From Chiloscyllium plagiosum (lineage: Eukaryota): a DNA stretch of 64,000 nucleotides. Location: contig NC_057719.1 in the NCBI RefSeq assembly GCF_004010195.1, positions 70,045,893-70,109,892 on the forward strand. The letters run 5' to 3'. Shown here in pieces: positions 24,051-35,260 of this stretch. The stretch's first letter is position 1, and each line of letters opens with the position of its first letter. A program made the translations under genes and the position numbers. Under the pieces are notes generated by a model. It saw only the letters and a list, made by a program, of their open reading frames with translations. It searched no databases and was not told the origin of the DNA.

Positions 24051-25810
24051 GATGTTTTGGAACTGAGATAATTGACCTCTGACAACTAGAACCATCTTTC
24101 TATGTGCCAGGTATGACTCCAACCAGTGCAGTCATCCCCATGACTCGAAATTTTCTAGGGCTCCTTGATGTCATACTTGGTTGAATGCAGCCATTATGTC
24201 AAGAGCTCTCACATCAGCTCTGGAATTCAGCTCTTTTATCCATTTTGAACCAAGGCTGTAATGAGGTCAGGAGCTGAGCAGCCCTGGCACAGCCCAAGCT
24301 GGGTGTCACCGAGTAGGTTATTGCTGAATAGGTGCTGCTTAATAGCACTGTTGATGACACCTACCATCACTTTACTGATTATCGTGAATAGACCGATGGG
24401 GTGATAATTAGCCAGGTTGGATTTGTCCTGCTTCTAATGTACAGACCATACTTGGGCAATTTCTACATTGTCAGGTAGGTGCTGGTGTTGTAACTATACT
24501 GGAACAGCTGGGTTAAGGGACTGGCAAGTTCTGATGCACAAGTCTTCGGTACTCTGGCCGGAATGTTGTCAGGGCCCATAGTCTTCACAGTATCAAGTGT
24601 CTTTAACCATTTCTTGATATCACGTGGCGTAAATCGAATTGGCTGAGGGCTGAAGATTGCTGGGAAAGCTTCAGCCTTATCTTTTGCACTAATGTGCTGG
24701 GCTCTTTCATCATTGAGGATGGGAGTGTTTGTGAAACCTGTTCCAATGAGTTGTTTAATTGTTTACCACTATTCATGACTGGATGTGACAAGAGTGCAGA
24801 GCTTAGATCTGATCCATTGGTTGTGGGATTGCTTAGCATTGTTGATCACTTGCTGCTTATCCTGTCTGGCGTGCAAGCAGTCCTGTTTGGCGGTTTCACC
24901 AGGATGACACCTCATCTTCAGGTGTGCATGACTCTGCTGCTGGCATACCTTCCTGCACTCTCCATTGAACCAGGTTTGGTCCCTGGCTTGATAGTAATGT
25001 TTGGGTGGGGGATATGCTGAGTCATGAGGTCACAGATTGTGCTGAGTACAATTCTGTTGCTGTTAATGGCCCACAGTGCCTTATGGATGCCCAGCCTTGA
25101 GTTGCTAGATCTGTTCAAAGTCTATCCCATTTAGCACGGTGATAGTGCCACACATCACGACTGAGAATAACCTCCATGTGAAGGCGGGACTTTGTCTCCA
25201 CAAGGTCTATGTCGTGGCCACTTGTACCAATACTATCATGGACAGATGCATCTACAGCCAGCAGATTGGTAAGGGTGAAGTCAAGTATGTTTTTCCCTCT
25301 TGTTGGTTCCCTCACCACCTGCTGCAGACCCAGTCTTTTAGGACCCAACCAGCTTGGATCAGTAGTACTGCTGCCAACTCTTGAAATCCCCGATCCAGAC
25401 TATATTTTGTGCCCTTGCCATCTTCAGTGCTTCCTCCACGTTGTTCAAAGGAGGAGTACTGATCCATCAGCAAAGGGAGGATAGTACATGGTAATCAGCA
25501 GGAGGTTTCTCTGCTCATGTTTAACCTGAAGCCGTGACATTTCATGGGGTCTGGAGTCAATGCTGATCACTCCCAGGGCAACTCCCTCCCAACTGTGTAC
25601 CACAGTGTCACTGCCTCTGGTGGGCTTATCCTGTCCTTGGGACAGGGCATATCCAGAGATGGTGATGGTGCTGTCTCAGACATTGTCTGTGAGGTATGAT
25701 TCCATGAATATGATGTCAGGCTGTTGCTTGACTGGTTTGTGAGACAGCTCTTCCAATTTTGGCACTGGCCCCCTGATGTTAGTGAGGAAGACTTTACAGG
25801 GTTGATAGGG
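24051..25810 (-). mobile_element. LINE ORF2 remnant (endonuclease plus RT, 'AFDRVWH' type, CR1/L2 supergroup)
   Basis: GLQQVVREPTRGKNILD..SVHDSIGTSGH (endonuclease end), SAPDLITALVQ, ALDIMAAFNQV*HQGALE and ESYLAHRKMVLVV; frameshifted. Confidence 0.8.
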
Positions 25811-26146
25811 CTGTCAATGCCAGATGATTGGGCCAGTTTCAAAGCCCAGTTGAAAGCACAGTCTTTAAGCATAGTTGTGGGGAATCTTTCAAGTGTGTAG
25901 GAATGGATATGCTCTTTTTATGTGAAAGTTTCTGAATTTTATGATCACCTTGGTCTTAAAATAGAAACAAACTATAACACAAAGTTTCATGTCCTAAATG
26001 ACTCTGACAACAAAAAGCAATAACTTTGAAAATGTGAAATTCGAAATTTTCAACATAAAAAGTTTAGGTACAAAATGTATTTTTGAAAATGCACAATTTC
26101 AAGTGTTTTGAAACATCCAGACATCATACTAATCTTCATATGATGG

Positions 26147-26201
26147 TTAAAGCTGATGAGATAGCGCATCAGGGTCATCAGGGTAAGCATTCAGTTCTCT
26201 C
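26147..26201 (-). CDS. Weak candidate terminal coding exon
   Basis: Good acceptor attttctccattttgcgtctcag; phase 2 frame RELNAYPDDPDALSHQL*; no nearby polyA signal seen. Confidence 0.15.
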
Positions 26202-27374
26202 CTGAGACGCAAAATGGAGAAAATATGTAATTCCCAAAATTGATTTTAGTTGACCTGACAGTTCTATGAACCAGGAACCACATTTCATTTCAGATTGTCC
26301 CTGGTGTTGCACTTATGGAGCAGGTGGCTACATTGTCAATGCAGTAAGTGGATACGTTTGAGTATTGGCCACTATCTTTGAGGGAGGTCAATTTCAACAA
26401 CTTCTGCCATTGCCCTGTAATGAAGTGTTGATTTTTTTTATTGCTACATTTGATTCCAAACTTCTGAATCATGAGCCGATAGAAGCTGGATGAATATTAA
26501 CTTCCGTTTCCCAGAATAGCCAGTGAGACTTTAAGCACAGCTGTGGGAAATTTATCAAGTGTGTAGCAATGGCAGATTTGTGGTGATCTATCCTTGAGTA
26601 TGATGACATTGCAACAAATGATAGGTAGGATAATGTAAAAAAAACCACTGGGGAATCACATAGTTGGAGTGGTTTTAAGTTTCTCTAATACTGCCCTCAT
26701 GGTGACATGTCTCCAATGTTAGTGTGATGGCTGCAAGACAAACAAGCGCAGTGGTCTCATAACAGTGCAGCAGACTATAGCCACTGTCACAGTATGAAAA
26801 TATTTTGCCAATCCTGCTCCATGACATTTTAGAGGTATTCCCAATCAGACTTAACCTGCCTTTTAGTTATTTTAGTTTGGCTGGTATCAATGAAGCGTAC
26901 ATCATATCAGGATGATTCCCAGATACCTTGGGTGGGGATAAGTCATCTTCCACAGAAGAAACCATTGAATTATTCACTGGTGACATTATTCTTAAGATGG
27001 AATGTTGACACAATTGTCATCTCTGGGTTGGAGAGGAAGCACTAAATTCTGATGTAATATGTCCATAAGTCTCCTTTTGTATGCTACTTCATTTGAGAAT
27101 GTGCATAAAATATCAGAAAATGGCCTCCTTGTCCCCATTGTACGATACATAAATATAAGTTTTTTCTTTTTTTTGAGTCAAATGCTTTAATTAGTCTTAA
27201 TCATAGTGCTACTCATCAATGAGGATTTCTTTATTTGCTGTATGTGAGTGGGCGGTGGGGCACAGGGTGCAGAAGAAAGCAGTTCAAGGATATAGTTAGA
27301 AACAGAAAAAAAGAACTGGGCTCATAATAGTTCTTCAGCAAAATGCATGTATGTATGTATGTATGTGTCAGCTA

Positions 27375-27755
27375 TGCCTTAGATAGTAGCAATTTTGCCT
27401 TTGAGGCAGGAAGTTGTGAGTTGAAGTGCAAATGCAGAGTTCTGAATATTAAAACTAGGCTGATGCTCCAGTGCAATACTGTGAAATGTTGTCAGAGATT
27501 TGTTGTTCAGAAACAAGGTTCTATGTGCCCTCTAAGGTGGACCTAAAGGAGCCCATAACATTATTTCAAAGAGGAGCATGGAAGAACGTATCCTTAATAT
27601 CCCAGAATTAATACCACAAAAATGAATTGTCCAATCAATATTAATCCACAATTTATGGGAGCTCATTGTTGTACAAATTGATTACATTGCAAAAGTATTT
27701 TATTAGCTTTGGTTTGCCCTAAGGTTTTGAAAAGTGCCATACAAATGCAAGTCTT
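27375..27755 (+). mobile_element. Deu-domain SINE (SacSINE1-like), decayed
   Basis: GCTGATGCTCCAGTGCAATACTG...GCCCTCTAAGGTGGACCTAAAGGAGCCCATAACATTATTTCAAAG core and ATACAAATGCAAGTCTT tail; related fragments at about 305-390 (-), 29095-29215 (-) and 54560-54930 (+). Confidence 0.6.
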
Positions 27756-28164
27756 CATTTTGATCCTGAAGATGTGTGCAGTTTGGGTAAGAAGAATGAG
27801 TTATGATGGGGCTTGATGAGGTCCACAGTGTTCACAATGGATGGTTGAACCAGTTGTAAGCTAGATATCATTATTACTGCATCCCTTGAATATACAGCTT
27901 GAAAATGAGGACTGCATTGGAAGAATATTGCCTGTTGCACCGAATAGAAAAACTTAGTACGCAGGTTCTTACTTAAATACTTAATATTATAAAAGTGAAG
28001 AAAGCTATTGTTAACAACTAGACAATGAAGCCTGAAACAGAAAGTGCCATTTTATACCACATTCTCATTTTGTTTTACAAAATCTTTCATTGTAGCAGCA
28101 ACTGTTCCAACAGTGCAATGTAGTGCAATGATAGTGAGTCAGTACGTCTGGGTTGAACTCCCAC

Positions 28165-28247
28165 CTGTTGTATAGGTGTGCAATACTATCTTTGAACAGT
28201 TTGTCAGAACATATCAGACGGATAGGTTCTCGACTAAATTGCATGAT
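28165..28247 (-). CDS. Candidate internal coding exon
   Basis: Acceptor tttgttttcttcctgccag, donor CAG|gtggga; 83 nt with only one frame open, phase 0 to 2: IMQFSREPIRLICSDKLFKDSIAHLYN. Confidence 0.25.
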
Positions 28248-28639
28248 CTGGCAGGAAGAAAACAAATCCAGTAGATATGTAGAAGTTCATACACAAATAG
28301 ATTTCTACTGCAACACAAACAAGTTTTCTGCTTCTTAGGCTGTAAGAGCAAAACTCAGAGTATATGTTGTACTCTCATATAATGTTGTAAACTTGCAGGG
28401 CAAAGTCACAGGAGAACAATACCCACATATTACATCTAGACAAAGGCTTTAATGGATTGATTTTTCAGGAGGTTGAGGGGAGGTAAGGGAGAAACAAGAA
28501 AAGATGGTGATGATGTTACACTTCCTTTGGGAGTCTGCAATGTTGTGGTAGCATGCATTTTTATATGCACGTTGCAGTTTGGAGCTATGGATTGTGATAA
28601 TAAAAGCTCCAATGTTCTTTCCATCACATGGATGTGATT

Positions 28640-28800
28640 ATTAACCAGACATTTTCCCCATTCTTAGGACCTTCCATTGATCTGACATTAAACTTATGTG
28701 GCCACATTTTGAATGCAATTTCCTTCACCATTAAGTCCTGGGTGGGACTCAAACAAAGGGTTTGCGGCTCAGAAGCCAAGATGCTACCCACTGTGCCATA
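28640..28800 (-). mobile_element. tRNA-derived SINE fragment
   Basis: TGGCACAGTGGGTAGC A box and GTTTGAGTCCC B box on the minus strand. Confidence 0.5.
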
Positions 28801-29729
28801 GGATGTTGAAGAAACAAAAGGACCAGGGAGCAAATAACATATCAGTGTTACTTCAGGGCCAAGTGCCTTCAATGTAGTTGAAGTGGTATACAACACAATA
28901 GTATAGTTGTAACAGATATATTGCATAATTCAGGTCCCTTATATAATTTTGAAGGAATGCAAGGGCAATGGTGGTGTGTATAGAGGATATGGAAAGATCA
29001 CTGAAATAGGATTTGTTAAAACGATCAAAGATCTATTTGGCTGAAGCAAAATAAACAGTAAAGTGATCACATCCAAGAGCCAGATCTGTGACAGTGTAGC
29101 ATGCCTTCAGCACTGCATTAGATCTCAGCAGCGACTTTTGGACACAAGTTTGGAAGCAGGAGGTGAACTCATAATTTTCTGTCTCAGGCCAAATGCTACA
29201 AACTGAGCCATGATGATACTATCATTATCAGTAAGTAAGTATTAGAGAATATAGCAAATTAAAATACACTTGTGAAACATGGTCAGTCAACTTAAAGTGA
29301 ATGGTGAGAGTTCAACATCTGATCATGATTACAGCCTGTTATACACTAAAGAAAAGGGAGAGATTACATTTAAAACAGACTGTAAACACAATCCTGGTAA
29401 ACATTAAATTCTTGAAGGAATAGCAACATGGCTTGGTTTTGTTCTATTTTTAACTTTTTTTTACATTGTATCCAGCTTCTGAAATAAAAATAGATTAATT
29501 GTTGCTTTTTCTTGTGAAATATAAAACTGGCATGTTATTTCTCCAAGCCTTTTCTTATCTCTCAGAGAATCATTTAAAACGTAAATGATGATTTTAAAAA
29601 CTGGGCTAATATATATTGGTCATTCCCTGTCCTACAAAAAAGGATATATTAGGCACAAATAAATATTAGAAACAAGTGTGCAGAATTACATGTGATAAGT
29701 TCAGTAATAAGCAGTCTGACAAGAACTTA

Positions 29730-31465
29730 CAAATTAAAGAACTTAAGCAAGAAATTAGGAGGGCTACAAGAGGGTATGAAATACCCTTGGCAAATAGGAC
29801 TAAGGAAAATTCCCAAGGCATTTTATACATCAATTAGTATCACGAGGGTATGTAGAGAATGGATAGGTCCGCTCAAGGTTAAAGGAGGGAATTTATGCAC
29901 GGAGCCAGAGGAAATGCATAAGTTCTGTAAACAAGTACTTTGTATCGTTATTCACCAAGGTGAAGGACATGGATGATGGTCAGATTATGGAAAGGAGTGT
30001 TGATATTTTGTGGCATGTCAATGTTAAGGAGGTGGTGCTGTTGGTGTCTGAAATACATTAAGATAGATAAGTCCCCAGGGAGTGATGGGATCTATCACAG
30101 GATACTGAAGGAGGGAGGGAAGAGAGGAAATTGCTGAGGCCTCAACAAAGATGTTTGTATCCAAGTGAGGTCCCAGAAGACTTAAGAATAGCAAACATTA
30201 TTCTTTTGTTCAAGAAGGGCAAAGGGATAATCCAGGAAATTATAGGCTGGTGAGCTTTACATCAGTACTAGGGAAATTATTAGAGAAGATTCTTATTATC
30301 AGAATTTACTTGCATTTGGAGAAGAGAGGATTCATTGGGGAAAGTCATCCTGTCCTTATGCAGGGGGCGGTCTTGTCTCACAAATTTGATTGAGTTTTTT
30401 GAGGAAATAACAAAGATGATTGATGAGGGTATAGCATTGGATATTGTCTACATCAACTTTACTAAAGCTTTTGATAAAGTTCCTCATATAGGCTGGTCTA
30501 GAAGACTAAGGCACATGGCATCCATGGTGAGTTGGCAAGTTAGATACAAAATTGGCTTGGTCATAGAAGACAGAGGGTAGTTGCGGAGGGGTTTTTTTTC
30601 TGACGAGAGGTCTGTGACTACTGGAGTTCCGCAGTGGTGTTCAGTGCTGGGTCCCTGTTTTTATAAAATATATAAATGATTTGGATGAATATATAGGTCT
30701 TCCAATTAGTTTGCAGATGACATGAAAATTGGTGGAGTTGTGGACAGTGAGGAAGGTTGTCAAAGGATAGAGCAGAATACAGACCAGTTTGAAAATTGGG
30801 AGGAAAAATGGCAGATCGAGTTTAATCTGGCCAAGTGTGCGGCGATAATTTTTGGGAGGTCAAATGCAAGGGGAAAGTATCCAGTAATTGGTAGGACCCT
30901 TAGGAACATTGATATACAGAGGGATCTTGGAGTCAAAATCCATAGCTTGCAGAAGGTGGCAACACAAGTGATAAGGTGGTAAAGAAGCACATGGCATGCT
31001 TGCCTTCATTGGTTGGGGCACTGAGTATTAAAAAATTGGCAAATCATGTTGCAGCTGTATTAGACTTTAATGAGGAAACATTTGGAGTTGTGTGTGCAGT
31101 TCTGGTTGCTATACAATAGGAAGGTTGTGGAGGCTTTGGAACAGTTGCAAAAGAGACGTTTGCCTGGATTGAAGTGTATTATCTATAAGGAGAGGTTAGG
31201 GGCACAGATTTAAGATCAGAGGGGAAAAGTTTAAAGGAGATGTGTGAGGTAAGGCTTTTACACAGAGGGTGGTAGCTGCCTGGAACTTGCTGCCAGGCAG
31301 GTGGTAGAAGCAAAGATGATAGCAATATTTAACAGACTTCGGACAGATATAAGAACAAGTAGGAAATAGAGGGATGCAGATATTGTGCGGATGGATAGGA
31401 TTAGTTTAGCATGGTATCATGGTCGACACATGTGAGCTGAAATGGCCTGTTCCTGTGCTATGTTC
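29730..31465 (+). mobile_element. CR1 LINE, 5'-truncated RT through 3' end
   Basis: DKSPGSDGIY, NYRLVSFTSVLGKLLE, GRSCLTNLIEFFEE..FTKAFDKVPH, FADDMKIGGVVDS, WQIEFN..KC and QRDLGV, followed by a CR1 tail. Confidence 0.93.
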
Positions 31466-31611
31466 TCCACAATGATGATGAATAGTATTTGGAATCCCAT
31501 AAATGGTTCACTGGTACACTGGAGATGTACAGGTGGTTAGGTAAGGGTGTGGGGAGACAGAGATGAGAGGGGCAAGGCGCAGAACAAAAGTGTGTGGTCT
31601 TTACTGAAGTA

Positions 31612-31701
31612 GTTGCAAGATGGCTGTCTGCAGTGAGTGCTTCATAGCAGAGATCATATGACTATGGCAATGGCACTCACTGCAGGCAGCCATCTTGCAA
31701 C
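31612..31701. repeat. Inverted repeat / hairpin, 29-bp arms
   Basis: 31612-31640 and 31673-31701 are reverse complements at 28 of 29 positions. Confidence 0.95.
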
Positions 31702-31752
31702 CAATTCAAAAAGACACATTACAAGTAAGACATTTGTGCTGGACTCGTAACA

Positions 31753-33180
31753 TAGTGTCAATGTGGAGCTGAGTTTAACTGTTGTAGAGCTAGACAGAAG
31801 CAGAGCTACTAAAAGGGATACCAAATAATTTCAGAGCAGCTGAAAATCCACAGGAAAAGTAAACAAAGGAGCAAGTTGCAGATAAATCACTGGGTAAGAC
31901 ACACAATGACTGTAAATCTCTCCTGGCTCAAAATGAAAGGCAATATGATTCAGAACTGGCAGTTTCTCCACTCACGATGGCAAAGCTATGAGGTTGCAAC
32001 AAATGTAATTAACAAACCACAGCAGCTATGAGTGGCTAAACATTTATCACTGTCGCAGACACGCTGTTACAAAGTGCATTCAATTCCAAATCTCTCCAAA
32101 GAACAGAAAACACACTGCATAAATTTTGAAAGCTTTGAAGCCACACTTTGAACCTAAATTGAACATATGAAGGGTTAATGTCCAACATTGAAGCTCAAGA
32201 TGAAAAAGAGGCTATTGATAGACATCTAACTGTATTAACACAGGAACAGAATCCTATGAATTTGAGCACCTGAAAGATTATCTGAAAGCTAGTAGGATCT
32301 CTTTTGCCTAAGAAAATTCCACTTCAGTATCACTCACACACACATGTACATACTTGTGCACGCACACAGCTACGCACGCACATGGGAAAACAGGTAAATT
32401 TGTCCACAGTGCACAGAAGCAGCTTAGACCTGTGCACTATTTTGATGAGCAGTTTAGACCTTTCAAGTGCAATAACATTGATAAAAGCAACAAGTATCCC
32501 CAGAAGGTCCAGCAAAAAGATCAAGGACAGAGGACAAGTTGCAAATATTGTGGAGGTTATTACACAAAACAGAAGAACCATTTTCAGTGTGGGAAAAACA
32601 GTGTTCTAACTGCAAGGAACAAAACCACTTTGCTGCTAAGTGTTTAGCTTGGAAGCAGACCAGCAAGTCTATAAAGTCTATAGGGAAGACTGCCAAAAAG
32701 TCATTCGATGACAATTCAGACCAATCAAGTATAGATTCTAGAGAGATGTTGGGCAAAACATTTTGCTAAATTTAATCTGTACATTGGAGACCGTTGCCTT
32801 TGTCACATTTATGGTGATGAAGAGAGCAGAACAAGTGCATCAAATGAATAAGATATGCTGAATAGACACCGATTGTGACACTGTCTCATAAAAGCTTCAC
32901 AGACCTTGAGGCTTTGTGACAAAATGATGTTCACTCCAAGAGGACACCTTATTCTAAGAAGCGAACCCAATGACAAATCTGAAGGTCCAGATAATATATA
33001 TATTTAGATAAAGCCATTCATCTCAGCTGAGTAATTGCAAAGCTTACATGAGTAACGTTAAACAGGTGAGAAGAGAATTGATATTTCACAGGTCATATTG
33101 CATGATGAACTGACAAAGTAACAGCATAAGAACAAGAGAGTCTAACTGCAGGAAAACAAATGGAACTTGATGCTGAAGTC
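31753..33180 (+). mobile_element. Decayed Ty3/Gypsy gag region
   Basis: LKMKGNMIQNWQFLHSRWQSYEVAT (gag N-terminal pattern); CCHC knuckle CSNCKEQNHFAAKC (32602-32643) preceded by CKYCG; ACA|TAGTGTCA at 31750-31760 resembles an LTR end plus PBS. Confidence 0.75.
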
Positions 33181-33719
33181 CAACAAAAAGGTTTGCCTTG
33201 CCTGACATAGCTAATGGCATTAAGGAAACAGAGTCTAAAGCAACTGTTCATTCATCTAGTCAGTCTCTGTTTTGATACTTTCTTTCCAGGCATGTTACAC
33301 ATGCAGGTTATTAGCTTTTCCTCCCATGACTGCTGGTTGGAATAATGTGCTGTTTGGTTCTGTCTCAAAATCATCTCAGCTGACTCAGACAGACATGGGA
33401 GTAAAAAAGCTAATTACCCATATGTGGAACATGCTTGGAAAGAAAATGTTATAAAAGAGACTAACTAGATCAACTGACAGCTGTTTGCATAATTGGGCAA
33501 CTTGAGTAAGTTACAGCGGTAATAATAGTGCACACAATATGTTATTATCTGTGTGAAAATTGGGATGGTTCGATGAAAGTTGCACTGATGTGTTTCCTAG
33601 CTTGTCTTACCTATTTAACCTCTGCCAGTTGCGCTCATTGTAGGCAAATATCTTACAACCAGCTCAGCAAAGACCGAGTAAAGCTGGAGTGTTGTCCTTT
33701 AGCTCACTGCAAAGATAAA

Positions 33720-35260
33720 GTACTTGTTGTTCACTTTGAGGCCAATGGCATAACGGGATAAAAGGAGATGCAGAAAAAGGACTAGCAGAGTTAAGAACTA
33801 CACTAAAACTTGCAACTCATGGTTGGAAATCTCTAGATAACTACCTGTGTGACCCACCATTTAACAAAGGAATAATCAAATCAGAAATAGGAATACATAT
33901 TTGAAAGGTTTGTGCGGGAAGGAGGGGTTCCATTTCATGGGACACAGACACCAGTACTGGGAAATTAATGAGCCACACCACGAGGACAACCTTTACCTGT
34001 AGGACCAGCATCCTAGCAGAAAGAATAAATATGCTGTGCACGGGAGTTTCAACTAACAAGATGGATGAAGGATCTAATGAAGATATCAAGGCTGAAGATA
34101 AAAGAAAAAGATGAAAGTAACATTTCGATCAAGGTAACGAATTAGGGCAATATAAATGATCAGGAAATAAACACACTTAAAGAAAATAAATACAAAACTA
34201 TTGTTCAAAATAAAGCTAGTGCAACAATATTTGTTAAGAAGTCAACAATGTACTGTATCTGAAACAAATGATAGCAAAATGGCAGCAGATGTATTAAGGC
34301 TTAGTGAAACATACTGACATAAAGAATATGAGTGGCAGTTAAATATTGCAGGAGTTAACAGAGATGATGCTGAAGGAAGAAGAACTGGAGAGTAACACAG
34401 TTTGATACATTAGAGACAATATTACATTAAAAGTAACATGAACATAGCAAACATTCAAATCAAAACTGTATCCATATGGATTGAGATAAAGGATAAGAGG
34501 CAATCAATCAATTAAGGAAGCAAAGTGAAGGATACGCATATCTAAGGAAGTTATTTTTAAAAATTAACTAACAATAATGGAATATTTCAACCATACCCAA
34601 ATAAGCTGACAAGTAGTAGGGATAGGCTAAAACAGAATGGAATTTGTAAGTGTGTTCAGGATTCCTTTCTTATCAAATATGTTCAAAACATAACAAGAGA
34701 GGAATCATGTGATGCTCTGACATCTGGGTCAATGGGACTTGGAATATTAACTCTGTTTTTCTTTCAACAGATGCTGCCAGATCTGCTATGTTTCTCCATC
34801 ACTCTCTATTTTCATTTCAGGCATTTGTTGCTGGGAAGTTATCCAGATCAATAAAGAAAAGTAATAATTGGGCAACACCCAGGTAAATGATGATAACTTA
34901 ATTAAAGTTAAATGTAATGGTGATGAAAGATATAAGTAAGACAATGATCACTGTATAGATCAGGGTAAAAATAATTTTGAAGTTATGAGAATGAAGGAAA
35001 GGAAGATAAAGTGGAAAAGGTGAAATATTAAAACACAGAACAGCAGTAAAAATTGTTTAAAATGTTGTCAGTATAGTCAGCAGATGTACATTATCCTAAA
35101 AAAAAACTAACCAATAATGAAATGTTGTAATAAAGAAAGAAGGGTAGAATTTAAACTAAACTAAATGAGAGAAACTAAGTATATAACACACAGGAATGGC
35201 AGAAGAGAATACAAATAGGTTAAGAATAAAAATAAAGAAAACAATGTGGAACAATATTAA
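33720..35260 (+). mobile_element. Very old CR1 LINE remnant (end of ORF1 and endonuclease)
   Basis: TGTGCGGGAAGGAGGGGTTCCATTTCATGGGACA..CCAGTACTGGGA (end of esterase domain), SIWIEI and CVQDSFL patterns; a short PLE-type tail is inserted at about 34735-34820. Confidence 0.55.

Noticed and set aside
23487..24071. Longest ORF in the track (194 aa, + strand)
   Set aside because: Antisense shadow of CR1 ORF1.
26294..26343. Plus-strand 50-nt segment with acceptor and gtaagt donor
   Set aside because: Isolated, with no compatible plus-strand partners found; indistinguishable from chance.
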